Positions 1 to 10,746 of a stretch of 64,000 bases of DNA are shown here, piece by piece (within the stretch, counting starts at the first letter, position 1; every line of letters begins with the position of its first letter). Origin of the DNA: a virus (taxonomy: Duplodnaviria; Heunggongvirae; Uroviricota; Caudoviricetes); the IMG/VR virus record IMGVR_UViG_2740892449_000004. One strand, given 5' to 3'. The position numbers and the translations under genes are program-made. The notes below the pieces were generated by a model that was not told where the DNA came from, made no database searches, and saw nothing but the letters and a program-made list of their open reading frames with translations.

Positions 1-192
1 TGTGTCTTCAGCGTTGTAGAGCGGCTCAGAAGGAAATGAGCAAACAGGGAAACCTTATACAACGGCATTACAGCTATGCATTGCTCATCTTACACACAGC
101 GCAATGTTGTTAGATTACCCCAGCATGGATCATGGGTGAAACAGTAGGTCAGAGCTTCAGGCTCTGTGTTGTCAATACAGTGAGGCATAATT

Positions 193-402
193 ATGGCTTT
201 CATTCCACCAACCATCGACGACGTTAGACATTGCTCTAACGCTTTATCTGTAGACCCTGCCGAAACCGACGCTGCCCGCGCCATTGCTGAACACTACTCA
301 AAGATATCCAATCAGGAGTACCGCATCACCCAAGACGACCTGGATGATCTCACTGACACAATCGAATATCTCATGGCCACTAACCAGCCAGACTCACAAT
401 AA
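193..402 (+). CDS. coi: Coi-like C1-inactivator (immC)
   Basis: 69-aa ORF with GTGAGG ribosome-binding site, directly upstream of c1 on the same strand; size and position match P1 coi from memory. Confidence 0.6.
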   Translation: MAFIPPTIDDVRHCSNALSVDPAETDAARAIAEHYSKISNQEYRITQDDLDDLTDTIEYLMATNQPDSQ

Positions 403-418
403 ATGCACTAATAAATCT
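402..418 (+). promoter_or_regulatory. C1 operator-like site between coi and c1
   Basis: AATGCACTAATAAATCT, 14/17 match to the 17-bp motif ATTGCTCTAATAAATTT that recurs through the window. Confidence 0.4.
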
Positions 419-512
419 ATTATTTTCGTTGGATCCTTCTATAATGGTGGCCAACAACTCCCAGTGTAATCCGCTGTGAGTTGTTGGCCATGTCAATTCT
501 GGAGGAGGATCA

Positions 513-1364
513 ATGATAAATTATGTCTACGGCGAACAACTGTACCAGGAGTTCGTCAGCTTCAGGGATCTCTTTCTAAAAAAAGCTGTTGCACGCGCCC
601 AACACGTTGATGCCGCCAGCGACGGTCGTCCTGTACGCCCGGTTGTCGTTCTGCCGTTCAAAGAAACGGACAGCATTCAGGCTGAAATTGATAAATGGAC
701 TTTAATGGCGCGAGAACTGGAACAGTACCCAGACCTCAATATCCCAAAGACTATTTTATATCCAGTGCCTAACATCCTTCGCGGTGTGCGTAAGGTTACA
801 ACTTATCAGACAGAAGCTGTGAACAGCGTCAACATGACCGCTGGCCGCATTATTCATCTGATTGATAAGGACATTCGCATCCAGAAAAGCGCGGGGATCA
901 ATGAGCACAGTGCGAAATACATAGAGAACCTGGAAGCAACAAAAGAGCTAATGAAGCAGTACCCGGAGGATGAAAAATTCCGTATGCGTGTACACGGCTT
1001 TAGCGAAACAATGCTGCGCGTCCATTACATTTCCAGTAGCCCTAACTACAATGATGGTAAATCAGTTAGTTACCATGTGCCGCTGTGTGGTGTGTTTATC
1101 TGCGATGAAACTCTCCGTGATGGAATCATCATCAACGGTGAATTCGAGAAAGCAAAATTTAGCCTTTATGACTCTATAGAACCGATCATCTGCGACCGCT
1201 GGCCGCAGGCAAAAATATATCGCCTGGCAGATATTGAAAATGTAAAAAAACAAATTGCCATCACTCGCGAAGAGAAAAAGGTCAAATCAGCCGCATCAGT
1301 TACGCGCAGCCGTAAAACTAAGAAGGGGCAGCCAGTAAACGACAACCCCGAAAGCGCGCAATAG
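513..1364 (+). CDS. c1: C1 repressor of lysogeny
   Basis: 283-aa ORF; sequence and length match recalled P1 C1; its cognate 17-bp operators recur across the window. Confidence 0.85.
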   Translation: MINYVYGEQLYQEFVSFRDLFLKKAVARAQHVDAASDGRPVRPVVVLPFKETDSIQAEIDKWTLMARELEQYPDLNIPKTILYPVPNILRGVRKVTTYQTEAVNSVNMTAGRIIHLIDKDIRIQKSAGINEHSAKYIENLEATKELMKQYPEDEKFRMRVHGFSETMLRVHYISSSPNYNDGKSVSYHVPLCGVFICDETLRDGIIINGEFEKAKFSLYDSIEPIICDRWPQAKIYRLADIENVKKQIAITREEKKVKSAASVTRSRKTKKGQPVNDNPESAQ

Positions 1365-1373
1365 TTTCTATCC

Positions 1374-1408
1374 GGCATGGTTAATGAGTTATTCATTAAG
1401 CCATGCCA
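1374..1408. terminator. Imperfect hairpin between convergent c1 and pacB (putative bidirectional terminator)
   Basis: GGCATGGTTAATGA/TCATTAAGCCATGCC inverted repeat in the 24-bp gap between convergent genes; no clear U-run. Confidence 0.3.
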
Positions 1409-2873
1409 GAGCTTCATCAACCTGCGCTTCGTCTTCGACGCTAAGCACTTCATCCTGGGGAACATAGTTCGCCAACATAGCGAAACAATATGTATCCCAA
1501 TGGTCCGGTGAGTGCAGGTTGAGTTTTTTCTTCATATCTTCCTTTGACATCACCTTCCATTGACCTGCGGAATTTATCCCTACCGGTATCTTTGATGCTT
1601 CCTCTATAGTCGCAGCCCCCTTATCAAGCCTCATACGCCCTGATTTTACAGCTTCTGCCGCCTGAATATTCGCGAAAGCGCGCATATCGAAATAAAGGCT
1701 TTTATCTTCACGGCTGTGCATCTTTTTACCCCAGCGGATACGCTGGACGGTAATGCCATAGCGTTCGTACATTAGATCAGCCGTCGATTTCCCCAAGCCA
1801 TCGCCATCAATAGCTATGGTTATGTTCGGGAACCGTTCTGGGTTACATTCTGCGAAAATCTTGGCGGCTAACTGCGTTTCTGTAACGTCTGTGTATTCCA
1901 GCATACGATAGTTGATTACACGGCGTTTATTTCGCTGGCCGGACACCATCATGATATTAATAACGGACTTATCTCGTCCTGTGCCACCAGCAACGTCAAC
2001 ACATGCAACCCAGCCCCATCCTTTGGCAATCTTGACCTTTCGCCGCGTCGCCCGCTCAACCTCATCACGACCAAGAAGAAAGCCATCTTGAGATTTGGGA
2101 AATTCACCACGTACTTTGATCATGTACATGGGGTTATCACGACCGCCATACTCCGCAAGTTTTGCTCGTATAAATTTTGCATCTACAAGCGGAGATTCTT
2201 CACTATTCAGTATTATCGCAGTAAACAATCCATCAGGATTTCCCGGGCGAATAGCTAGTCTGTGGTGTGAATCGTAGAAATAGCCTGAAGGTCGCGTAGG
2301 CTGGGAAAGAAGCAGAATACGGTTATCCTTACCGGTCAGCGCACCTGTTATCACACTGAATGCTTTATCACTCACACCCGACGCTTCGTCGATGATATAC
2401 AAGAGATGATCGGCGTGTTCACCAGCCAACGCCTCCTCATTCCCGGGGCGACAGGACTTTATCAATATTGTCCAAACACCCTTGCCAGTCACCTCAAAAA
2501 AAGACGTTTCTGTAAGAATGAAATACTTCGACAACCACGGGAATCTGCTAACAGCAGTAGCCCAATTGCTCTTTATGTATTTGAAAATACCATCAAGGAC
2601 TTGCTGTCTTTTGTTAGCGACCAGAATGACGCGAGCGCCGGGGAAAAACATGATGAAGAGTATTGCAATGATACTCGTCATATCCGATTTACCAGTACCA
2701 TGGCCGGAGGTCACACTTGTCCAACTGCCGTCCTGCTGCGTGGACTCAATGATCTCATCCTGCTGCCAGGTTGGTGTCTTCCCAAACAACACATCAGCGG
2801 CCGCAATCCAGTCATAACGATATAGCGCCACCAGCTCGCGCCAACGTGGGTCCGTTACGCAACTTCTGGCCAT
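1389..2873 (-). CDS. pacB: Terminase large subunit PacB
   Basis: 494-aa ORF, GxGKS-like ATPase motif (GHGTGKSD), 4-nt overlap with upstream pacA; matches P1 PacB size. Confidence 0.85.
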
Positions 2874-4066
2874 TAATCATCATCCCCGTACAGTTTGCGG
2901 GTAACTTCTTCGTCTTCCTCCTCGTCTTCGTCCAGATCCTGTTCAAGCCATGCTTCGTTTGATATGCCTTCCGCATCGACATCACCATAACCACCTGTAT
3001 CGACGATATCGGCAATTTCTTCTCTACGATGCTCAATCCACAATGCGGCATCAGCGCGGCGGCTGGCGGCCCGTTCTCGCGCGATTTTATCCAGATCTTC
3101 AAGTGATGGAGCGCCAGATGCTGTTTGGTTTTCCTCATCATCGGTATTGGTCTTAGGAGCACGCAGATCGGCTTTGATTTGCTCCAGCATCAGGGGCGGC
3201 ACTTTTCCTCCATGCGCCTCGATGAATTCAGCCGCTTCCAGCACTGACCAGTTATTTTCACGCTTTCGTTCGTATGCCAGCTTAACAATGCCAGCTTGCC
3301 CCATAGATAAAGCGTGCTTTTCCGCCTCCCGGCTTTCTTTTCGATAGTTATTCCGGATGCTGTAAATGGTGTTGATCAGGCTGCTTATCTGCGCGGAACA
3401 GCTGTTTAGCATGCTCGCGATACGGTATTCAGGCGGAGTACCTTCATCATCGTCTTTTTGCTGATCGCGCATTTCCTGCACCAGGCGAATACACGTATCC
3501 CTGGCGTTCTCCAGCATAAGGAGATGAGAAAGAGACTTTTCCAGAAGAGTGGTTTCCAGAACATCGGCCCCGGACCGACGCAACATAGCGCGCGCGGCCT
3601 TCCGCGCTTCAACGTTATCTATCAGGTAATCGCCAGCTTCGAATTCAAAGCGTTCACCATCATCATCCAGGGTGTCGCGTTCCAGGCGATCACGTAAGGT
3701 CCGGTGGGCGCGGGTGATCACGTCATGATCATCTGAACGATCATTTATGCGCTTATTTTGGCGCTTAGCGTTCTCGACTGCGGCACTGACAACGGCATTA
3801 ACTCTTTGTTTTTCCGCTGTTTCATCCGCAAGGTGATCACCTGCATGTTGATCATTAGAGTGATCAATGATCATGCTTTTTAGAGGCTTCCTGACTGGCT
3901 TATTTGGCTTGCGGCTGTCCGCTGTCCTGGTGTCTTCTTTGAAGGCACGGAGATAACGACGTGCGGTATTAGGGTTAAGATTAAACTCGGCGGCATACTG
4001 TGCGATGGTGTAACCACCATCTCGCGCCAGGCGAGCAAAATTCTTCTTGTGATCGTCCCAGGTCAC
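2873..4066 (-). CDS. pacA: Terminase small subunit PacA (contains pac)
   Basis: 397-aa ORF with N-terminal HTH-like region and acidic C-terminus; GATC-hexamer pac clusters lie inside it. Confidence 0.85.
3710..3878. other. pac packaging site (Dam-methylatable TGATCA/G hexamer clusters)
   Basis: GATC at 3716, 3727, 3739 (left cluster) and 3834, 3850, 3862, 3869 (right cluster), a 3+4 arrangement as described for P1 pac. Confidence 0.6.
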
Positions 4067-4151
4067 TTATGCTTCCTTTCGTAAAAACTCTTTTTGACGC
4101 GAGGGTAACGAAAGTCACATGTCAAAAGGCCCGGAACGGGCAAGCAATCAA

Positions 4152-4604
4152 TCAGATACGTGCGGATGTGGCATTACCGTAATGACGGTGCTGACGGGCT
4201 ACCTTATTGAAAAGTTGACGCGCCATTACCCAAGGCTGGTGTTCCCGGCGTTCCTTTTCGTCCTGCGTCATATAGAGTTCGTTCTGGAGTTTTTCATCAA
4301 ACCGGCGCGGCGCGCGGCTGCGGCGAAAGAATTCAGGATTCAGAGAGTGGATCTGAAATCTACGTGGGCGTGTACTGTCATCAATCAAAACAGACGAATA
4401 CTTAGACACAGCGATAGCCTTTAAGCGCAGATAAACGTCGCGCTTATCGACATCCAGATGCGGGTATTCCTTTTCAAGGATTGCTGCGAGTTCTTTCGCT
4501 GATAGAAGAGATTTGGTGCGGATCATGTAATCCGCAATCTCATACGATGTTATTCGTAAGTGATTTATTTCCATGAAGTGGCGTCCCTGCCAGTTAAGTA
4601 ACAT
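4152..4604 (-). CDS. lpa: Late promoter activator Lpa (gp10-like)
   Basis: 150-aa ORF immediately upstream of pacA; size and position as P1 lpa; C1 operator-like site just upstream. Confidence 0.6.
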   Translation of the reverse strand: MLLNWQGRHFMEINHLRITSYEIADYMIRTKSLLSAKELAAILEKEYPHLDVDKRDVYLRLKAIAVSKYSSVLIDDSTRPRRFQIHSLNPEFFRRSRAPRRFDEKLQNELYMTQDEKERREHQPWVMARQLFNKVARQHRHYGNATSARI

Positions 4605-4674
4605 CCTGTCACCTACTGATTAGCCCATGTCAACTAATCAACGTGGAATATAATGCCCTAGATTAAATAAATAG

Positions 4675-4691
4675 CAATACATTAGAGCAAT
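4675..4691 (-). promoter_or_regulatory. C1 operator-like site upstream of lpa
   Basis: reverse complement ATTGCTCTAATGTATTG, 14/17 to operator motif. Confidence 0.4.
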
Positions 4692-4692
4692 T

Positions 4693-5079
4693 TTACCTAA
4701 CGCTCGACGAGTGACTTGTGATAGCGCCGACTCCAAGCGCGTAATCAAAGAACAATCGTTGATGCATCGCCAACCTACCGTGCGTCTTCTCCCAATTATC
4801 GCGGTCACGCTCAATATCACGCTGGCATGACTGGCACAGAGGAATTGCGTAAATGTCATGCGCGCATAATCGACTATGACGAACGATATAAGGCGTAATG
4901 TGAGCGCCAGCTCCCGCAGCTCCACACCCACAGCATGGACGGGAAGCAACAAAGTCCATGTACTCAGGTAATTTTAGCGATTGCAGTTTTGGTATTTTGA
5001 AATGCGCCATGCCAGGGTCGGAGTCAACATCCACAGGGCATACTTTTGCACGCATCGGCGCGGCGCGTTCTTCCATCAT
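4693..5079 (-). CDS. Hypothetical Cys/His-rich protein
   Basis: 128-aa ORF with CCGCG...CAHD...CQSCQ cysteine cluster; no confident family assignment. Confidence 0.4.
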   Translation of the reverse strand: MMEERAAPMRAKVCPVDVDSDPGMAHFKIPKLQSLKLPEYMDFVASRPCCGCGAAGAGAHITPYIVRHSRLCAHDIYAIPLCQSCQRDIERDRDNWEKTHGRLAMHQRLFFDYALGVGAITSHSSSVR

Positions 5080-5129
5080 CTGAACATATGCTGTAGCGCG
5101 ATCGTCATACGGGCGAATATCCGCCTCTT

Positions 5130-5735
5130 TCAGAGGTCCGCTATCCTGCGGAGTAGCTTCATCTTATTTATTGATATGCGGCAGACTTCTTCCGGCATCA
5201 GGTGCATCATGTTGCGCATGAAAGCCCACCAGCACAGCTCCTGAATACTTAAATCATGGCTATTTGAAAGGCCCATTTCCTGACGGGCGACATCCAGTAT
5301 CCAGTTAACGCGATTATTGTGCAGCGTTTCTTTCAGCTCATTAAAACCACGCATCCGGTAATGGTTATCGTGATGCCAGCACAACAACACCGCGCTATTG
5401 TCTCGTTCAGCGTGGACAATATGGTTGTCACACCAACTACGATCTGCGGCCTGGCATTGACCCTCTTTCCTACGCAACCACGCCACCAGCGCGTCAATTC
5501 CACCAATACGGCGAAACAGTTCATCGCTGTTAAAAAACGGCTGCAACGCCTCATTTGTTGCCATGGTTTGCTCGGTAACAACGAGGCCGTCTTCCATGTG
5601 CTCGATTAACTCACGCGGCACCGGCTCCATAATAAATTTACGGCCAGCCTCCACCAGCTTTCTGACCTCCTGATCCACTTTGAACGTGGCGAGGCCAAGC
5701 TCTTTCTGTACAAAGGGAGTAATTACGGCTTTCAC
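5130..5735 (-). CDS. Hypothetical protein (post-doc region)
   Basis: 201-aa ORF in leftward operon downstream of doc; contains CWHHDNHY motif. Confidence 0.5.
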
Positions 5736-5762
5736 ATCACACCTTTAATCACTGATTGGGCT

Positions 5763-5942
5763 TTATCTGCTGCCCGGCATTCTCTGTTTAAGCACAACCA
5801 TTTCCTGACGGCATAACACAGCAATAGCGGTCCTGACTCCAATTTGCTTACCAACCAGGTATTGCTTTACCTTGCGGCGACTCACGCCATCAAGAAGCAT
5901 CTTTAACGCTTCACGGGACAATTTGTTGTATTTGCGTGCCAT
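5763..5942 (-). CDS. Small basic hypothetical protein
   Basis: about 60 codons from internal Met of 66-aa ORF, begins 5 nt after doc stop; K/R-rich. Confidence 0.3.
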   Translation of the reverse strand: MARKYNKLSREALKMLLDGVSRRKVKQYLVGKQIGVRTAIAVLCRQEMVVLKQRMPGSR

Positions 5943-5946
5943 TAAT

Positions 5947-6327
5947 CTACTCCGCAGAACCATACAATCTACGTAACGTGTCGGCGACAGAAGATACAGA
6001 TATCTCGCCAGTCGCAGCGCCTACAGTAAGGTCTGCCAGTTCAGGTGAATCAAATACCTGCACCCCGTTACGGCGTAGAAATAGCAGCGCGCTGTTTAGC
6101 GCGGTACGCTTATTGGCATCATTGAATATATGCCCTCTCGCTGTAGCCACCAGGTAGGTGGCGGAGACTTCGAAAAGGTCGGTGATCTCTTCGTAGGCAA
6201 CTCTGGCCTGAACTCTCCCGATAATGGCCTCTGCCCTACCCGGATCAGACATTCCCGGCAGGCCGCCGTAGCGGCTTATATTCGCATCATGAAGCGCAAT
6301 AAGTTCTTCCGGTGATATATGCCTCAT
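5947..6327 (-). CDS. doc: Doc toxin (Fic-fold kinase) of phd-doc addiction module
   Basis: 126-aa ORF with Fic-type motif [10 protein letters not shown]; stop-start overlap with phd. Confidence 0.9.
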
Positions 6328-6548
6328 TATCGGTTAACCAGTTCCTTGTTTGTGGAGTCCAGGGTGTCAAACAGGGATGCAAATTCAGCATCCAGCGCCG
6401 CTTTTTTGTAGGCTTCGAAAGTAGCCTTGCTGACAATTACTGCTGGCTCACGGCCTCTGCGGGTGATTTCAACCTCTTCCCCGGCTTCAACATTGTTGAG
6501 CACTTCAGAAAGGTTGCCACGCGCGGTACGGAAGTTAATGGATTGCAT
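6327..6548 (-). CDS. phd: Phd antitoxin
   Basis: 73 codons from [13 protein letters not shown]...; immediately upstream of doc with overlapping stop/start. Confidence 0.9.
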
Positions 6549-6620
6549 AAACACCTCGTGTACTCGTTATGTGTACACAATTATAAACTTCACAGGCATA
6601 AAGCACCAGCACTTTGCAGC

Positions 6621-7010
6621 TTAAATAACCGGACAATCATCAAATTCCCCACTTCGGGCATCATTGATGACATGAGTGATCACACCAAAAACAGCATTAC
6701 TGCCCGTGTATCCATCGTCATCTACTGGTAACGCCTCTTTCTTCCCGGTGCTTAAGTCCTCCAGGTGCTGGCGCGGATACTTCCTGTATCTCTTTATGCG
6801 ATATTCACCCTCCATAGCGCACACAAGCAGAGAACCATCAACCGGAGTAAGCGAGGAATCAACCACCAGCAAAGCACCCTGCAATATTCCCTCACGGTGA
6901 TGGCTATCAGCTGCCCGCATGAAGTAGGTCGCTGAAGGATGTCTAATTATCTGCTGATCAAGAGAAATTCGGCTTTCAACATAATCCGCCGCAGGAGAAG
7001 GGAAGCCCAT
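6621..7010 (-). CDS. humD: HumD, UmuD-like SOS mutagenesis protein
   Basis: 129-aa ORF aligning to E. coli UmuD core (GFPSPAADYVE...SATYF); LexA box 19 bp upstream. Confidence 0.8.
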   Translation of the reverse strand: MGFPSPAADYVESRISLDQQIIRHPSATYFMRAADSHHREGILQGALLVVDSSLTPVDGSLLVCAMEGEYRIKRYRKYPRQHLEDLSTGKKEALPVDDDGYTGSNAVFGVITHVINDARSGEFDDCPVI

Positions 7011-7028
7011 AGCGTTTTACCTCAATGA

Positions 7029-7048
7029 TACTGTTTATTCATACAGTA
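7029..7048. promoter_or_regulatory. LexA (SOS) box upstream of humD
   Basis: TACTGTTTATTCATACAGTA = CTGT-N8-ACAG palindrome. Confidence 0.7.
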
Positions 7049-7105
7049 TACATTGAAAAGGCATAGTTTGTGAAAGCGGGGTTTGTAGGCGCGCCACGCT
7101 GGGGG

Positions 7106-7384
7106 CTAATCACATTTCTCCCCCATCTTGCCGTTATTTTTTTGGTGCATCCTCGTTCTGATACACCGGATCGCTCCCTTTTGGCAACTGGAGCTTAACT
7201 GCCGGTAGTGCCGTAGCCGTTCCATGAAATAGGCGCGCAGGTTTTCCGGTTGCTCACGGGCCACCTGCTCTGCAATCACAGGTATATTCAGCCGTTCTTT
7301 GTAAGCAACGCCGCTGGCGGCAAGGTCTACGTTCACCTTGTCTCGCTCTTCCTGGCTTTTAGCTGCTATATTTCGATCTGACAC
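7106..7384 (-). CDS. hot: Hot, homolog of DNA pol III theta subunit (frameshifted near 7192-7200)
   Basis: N-terminal 63 aa align to HolE ([21 protein letters not shown]); the -1 frame continues as [20 protein letters not shown], giving 83 aa if one A is restored. Confidence 0.7.
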   Translation of the reverse strand: MSDRNIAAKSQEERDKVNVDLAASGVAYKERLNIPVIAEQVAREQPENLRAYFMERLRHYRQLSSSCQKGAIRCIRTRMHQKNNGKMGEKCD

Positions 7385-7416
7385 AAGAAACCTCCAGGAG
7401 TTAGTGGATCAGGCAC

Positions 7417-7767
7417 ATGCACAATAACGTTCTCAATGTTAGCCGTTCAATTCAGACAATCAGAGACTGCACCAGTGTGGTGGCATCAATCCCATTGCGA
7501 AACAGCATAGACGAACTGCAAATTCGTGTATTGAATCCGAATCAGGCTAATAAGCAATTGCGCTTTATTTTGACGCTGAAAAGTGAAACAGAGGGGATAA
7601 AGCACAGCGTAAAAGTGTTTTCTGAGGCCATTCTGCTTAATGGGAAGCTCCGGCATCTGGTAAGGCCAGAACGTCAATATCCTGACGTCCTGGCGCGTGA
7701 AAAAGACCTTCTTTCTGAAGTTCAGGATAGGGTGATCGATTTCGTCAAATGCTATCCCCTGCATTGA
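7417..7767 (+). CDS. Hypothetical protein on opposite strand
   Basis: 116-aa plus-strand ORF that exactly fills the gap between two leftward genes; no recognisable domain. Confidence 0.3.
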   Translation: MHNNVLNVSRSIQTIRDCTSVVASIPLRNSIDELQIRVLNPNQANKQLRFILTLKSETEGIKHSVKVFSEAILLNGKLRHLVRPERQYPDVLAREKDLLSEVQDRVIDFVKCYPLH

Positions 7768-8003
7768 GGGCAGGTGTTCCCTTCCGCAAAGTAGGGAAAA
7801 TTGCTATCAAGTTCATCACACCATCTGCGATGGTCGTAGCACCAAAACGCCTCCCACGGTGCACGGAAATACTTCATCCACCAGGACACTCGATCAGGTA
7901 TATCTGCTGGTGGCAGTTCTTCTGGCAATAATTTGCCTGATAATTCCCTTTCCGCCCGCGACAGCATTTTTTTTGAGGCTCGCGTTCTCTTTTTCAAGCT
8001 CAT
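7752..8003 (-). CDS. Hypothetical small protein with CxxC
   Basis: 83-aa ORF, C-terminal CPQCRG. Confidence 0.45.
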   Translation of the reverse strand: MSLKKRTRASKKMLSRAERELSGKLLPEELPPADIPDRVSWWMKYFRAPWEAFWCYDHRRWCDELDSNFPYFAEGNTCPQCRG

Positions 8004-8020
8004 CTACGCGCACCTGTAAT

Positions 8021-8671
8021 TCAGCTTTCGTTGGCATGGTCCACCTCATGCTTTTCAGCCACCAGCGGCAATAAAGCCCTGGCCATCTTATGAACCAATA
8101 GTGCATCAATAATGCCAAGCGTATGCCCCGGCTTAATGTTTAATGCCGCCTCAAGGCGACACCTTTCCAGGCCACTTTTCTCGGCTTGTTTATGATGATC
8201 TGGTGTAATAACGTCGCCCAAAACACGGCTAATTCTTTCTCGTAATTGCTGGGTGCCAGCACACTTGATCGCTGTATCGTGGAGACGGTTAACCAGTTCG
8301 CGATAAACATGCGGCTTAATTCGGATACGTTCACCGGTGACGCCCTTTCCTGGTGCTGGCACCGAACTATCCGGAATATCCGGATAGTTGCCAGCCTCGT
8401 AAGCTACCCGCAGCCAGTGCATGAATGTTTCAGTGGACACACAACCACAGTCCACATCGATTTTCCCGCGTTGCTGTTCCAGCCAATGCTCAAAATTCAA
8501 TCTACACGTATTACTTTCATGTTGCTCTTTTTGTCTCAAGGCCAGCATCTGCTGGGCTATTTCCAATACTTCATCTGCCGTATATCCAGCACCGTGACCA
8601 TACATTTCGATACGGGAAATAATCTCTGATATGCGCTCTTCAGTGATTCTGGTCATTTCTTTTTGCGCCAT
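8021..8671 (-). CDS. Hypothetical protein
   Basis: 216-aa ORF in leftward accessory operon. Confidence 0.5.
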   Translation of the reverse strand: MAQKEMTRITEERISEIISRIEMYGHGAGYTADEVLEIAQQMLALRQKEQHESNTCRLNFEHWLEQQRGKIDVDCGCVSTETFMHWLRVAYEAGNYPDIPDSSVPAPGKGVTGERIRIKPHVYRELVNRLHDTAIKCAGTQQLRERISRVLGDVITPDHHKQAEKSGLERCRLEAALNIKPGHTLGIIDALLVHKMARALLPLVAEKHEVDHANES

Positions 8672-9027
8672 TTCTTTTCACATTCCTTAGTCCATTTTTC
8701 AATGTTCATTTTGGCAATATCAGTCATTCCATCACCTAAGAAATACTTTTTCCGGTACGTCTTGCACTTAAACCACACTACAACAGCCACCAACCAGAAA
8801 ATAAAAGGCCATACAGCAATACCAACTCCAGCCGCGATAAAGCCCAATAGCCATAAATGAAGCTCTCCAACTTCTGTTTGCGGCAATATTCTTAAAGAAT
8901 TAAACAGCAGACTGAAGGAATGGTCGTATGCATTGGCGGTATAAGACATGCAATCCATATAATTAAAGTCATAGCCTGCGGCTGCCGCCCATAATGGGCG
9001 GTCAAGAAAATGTTTTAGTGTCATCAT
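8653..9027 (-). CDS. Hypothetical membrane protein
   Basis: 124-aa ORF with two hydrophobic helices (LWLLGFIAAGVGIAVWPFIFWLVAVVVWF). Confidence 0.5.
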   Translation of the reverse strand: MMTLKHFLDRPLWAAAAGYDFNYMDCMSYTANAYDHSFSLLFNSLRILPQTEVGELHLWLLGFIAAGVGIAVWPFIFWLVAVVVWFKCKTYRKKYFLGDGMTDIAKMNIEKWTKECEKKWRKKK

Positions 9028-9033
9028 ATAAAT

Positions 9034-9327
9034 TTAAGGTTCAGACCAGTTATCTTCAATAGCAATGCTTAATCTTTGTAGCCATTCTGCTAATTTCAGC
9101 ATTGCTTCTCTTTCGCTTAAACCACGAGGAAAATCATCAAGCGAAATTGTTGGCTTGAAGCCCCCGTAATTATCCATTTCAACAGTCAGATTTTGCTCCA
9201 GAACGGTATTTCTTACGCGGCTATTGTGCCGAAGCAAATATACTGAACGTGATTTATTGGTTTTGTGGTCGAACGTATATTCGGTAAGTATCATCTGACT
9301 TCCGCCATGATTATTACCGCGCCACAT
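9034..9327 (-). CDS. Hypothetical protein
   Basis: 97-aa ORF. Confidence 0.5.
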   Translation of the reverse strand: MWRGNNHGGSQMILTEYTFDHKTNKSRSVYLLRHNSRVRNTVLEQNLTVEMDNYGGFKPTISLDDFPRGLSEREAMLKLAEWLQRLSIAIEDNWSEP

Positions 9328-9350
9328 AATTACTCCGTGTTAATTGAAAT

Positions 9351-9632
9351 TTAGCTATTAATCTTCACTTTTATCGCGAACACCTTTACCGGTTTATCAC
9401 CGAAGTGTGGATGTGTGATTGTTTTTATTTCATATCCGTTATACGGGACGTCAATTCTGCGACTGAAGTCTTCGCGCTTCGGATATCCCTTTGTGATAAT
9501 CAGGCGGTCATACTCGCGGAACATAATTCGCTTATTCCAGTAGTCATTACACAGGCGATACTCTTCCGTTTTCTCTCCGCGAATCATGGCATCGAAGTAT
9601 TCACCTTTAACGGCAAGTTGCAGGTTAGCCAT
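9351..9632 (-). CDS. ASCH-like small protein
   Basis: about 93 codons from MANLQLAVKGEYFDAMIRGEKTEEYR; start overlaps upstream stop. Confidence 0.45.
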   Translation of the reverse strand: MANLQLAVKGEYFDAMIRGEKTEEYRLCNDYWNKRIMFREYDRLIITKGYPKREDFSRRIDVPYNGYEIKTITHPHFGDKPVKVFAIKVKINS

Positions 9633-9892
9633 TACCTCACCTCCAGTCTCCATACCGCCTGACCAATCCGGCTGGCATGGGTATCTTTGGATACTGTTCC
9701 GTCTTTAGCCAGCTCCATAAGAATTTTGCGCAAATCTGCCGAACGCCATTCTTCATCAGGAAATTCCTTCTCCATTGCCAACCGCAGATTCCAGGTTGCC
9801 ATCCTGAATGGATATTCCCCGCCGAGAGCTTTATCTTGCAGGGCAGCCCGGGAACGCATCACCTGCAAAACCTTCTCTTTTACATCCATCAT
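9632..9892 (-). CDS. Hypothetical protein
   Basis: 86 codons from MMDVKEK; ATGA start/stop overlap with upstream gene. Confidence 0.45.
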   Translation of the reverse strand: MMDVKEKVLQVMRSRAALQDKALGGEYPFRMATWNLRLAMEKEFPDEEWRSADLRKILMELAKDGTVSKDTHASRIGQAVWRLEVR

Positions 9893-10746
9893 TTCGCCTC
9901 CTGCGGCGGTTCTGGTAGCGGCATCCAGAACAAGGCGTTCCCTAACCACGATAAAGTGCCGTCGCTCAACTCCACGTATTCCCCTTGTACCTGTCCTGCC
10001 ATATACTCGCCGTGCTTTGAATAAATTAAAATCCAATCATCTTGAGGGGGCATTCGCTCACTACAGCTTATCCAACCATCCGGAGTTACCGGAGAGTTGC
10101 CTGCCAGTCTACGCAAAACAGCCTTAACAGCCTCAATACGGTCATCATCGTAACTTTCCGCCGTATCTATGCGGTCGAGCATGATGATTGCGTTATCAAT
10201 ATCAGGATTGCCGGTCCACTCATTACCGCGATTGGATTCGGCAGCCTGGTTGCCGCGTACTGGTTGATTGTCGGCTTTACCCAGTCTGTCGTCGCTGCAT
10301 GAATGCCCTTCCAGCCAGGCCAATGCTTGTCGCATGAAATACGCAATATGTTTTCCGTGGTAATCGTCTTCATCGATGTGAAAAGCGATACTACGAATGT
10401 ATTCAATTGCGTTTTCAATGGCCTCTAACGCTATCGGCGCTGGCGGAGTGGTATATAGTTTTCGACATTTGTATATCCAACCGGCATGGTCAGGCGTGTC
10501 TGTAAAACGCAAATCGTCTTCGTAGCACTCACGACTACGTTCTTTCCATTCCGTCCACGGAACACCGCTATTCCAGGTGGGGCGAGTGCAGGACTGATAC
10601 AGAACAGGCTCTGCTTCCAGCGATGCCAGCACGATACGCGCCAGTTCTTCCGCTTCTTCTGCTGGCAGTACAACGTTGCTATCAGGTCCGTATGTTTCGC
10701 GCCACTGCTTGATTGTCAGCAGTCGCTCTTTGGTAATAGTGATCAT
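9889..10746 (-). CDS. DUF551-like phage protein
   Basis: 285-aa ORF ending in the WMPLPEPP motif recalled as typical of DUF551. Confidence 0.5.
   Translation of the reverse strand: MITITKERLLTIKQWRETYGPDSNVVLPAEEAEELARIVLASLEAEPVLYQSCTRPTWNSGVPWTEWKERSRECYEDDLRFTDTPDHAGWIYKCRKLYTTPPAPIALEAIENAIEYIRSIAFHIDEDDYHGKHIAYFMRQALAWLEGHSCSDDRLGKADNQPVRGNQAAESNRGNEWTGNPDIDNAIIMLDRIDTAESYDDDRIEAVKAVLRRLAGNSPVTPDGWISCSERMPPQDDWILIYSKHGEYMAGQVQGEYVELSDGTLSWLGNALFWMPLPEPPQEAK

Noticed and set aside
90-284. 64-aa minus-strand ORF at the left edge
   Set aside because: Antisense to coi and its ribosome-binding site, no start context; most likely spurious.
2095-2825. Plus-strand ORFs of 60-139 aa inside pacB
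   Set aside because: Antisense to a strongly supported terminase gene.
4638-4952. 104-aa minus-strand ORF overlapping the 4693..5079 gene in another frame
   Set aside because: Leu/Arg/Val-rich sequence typical of an out-of-frame read of a real gene.
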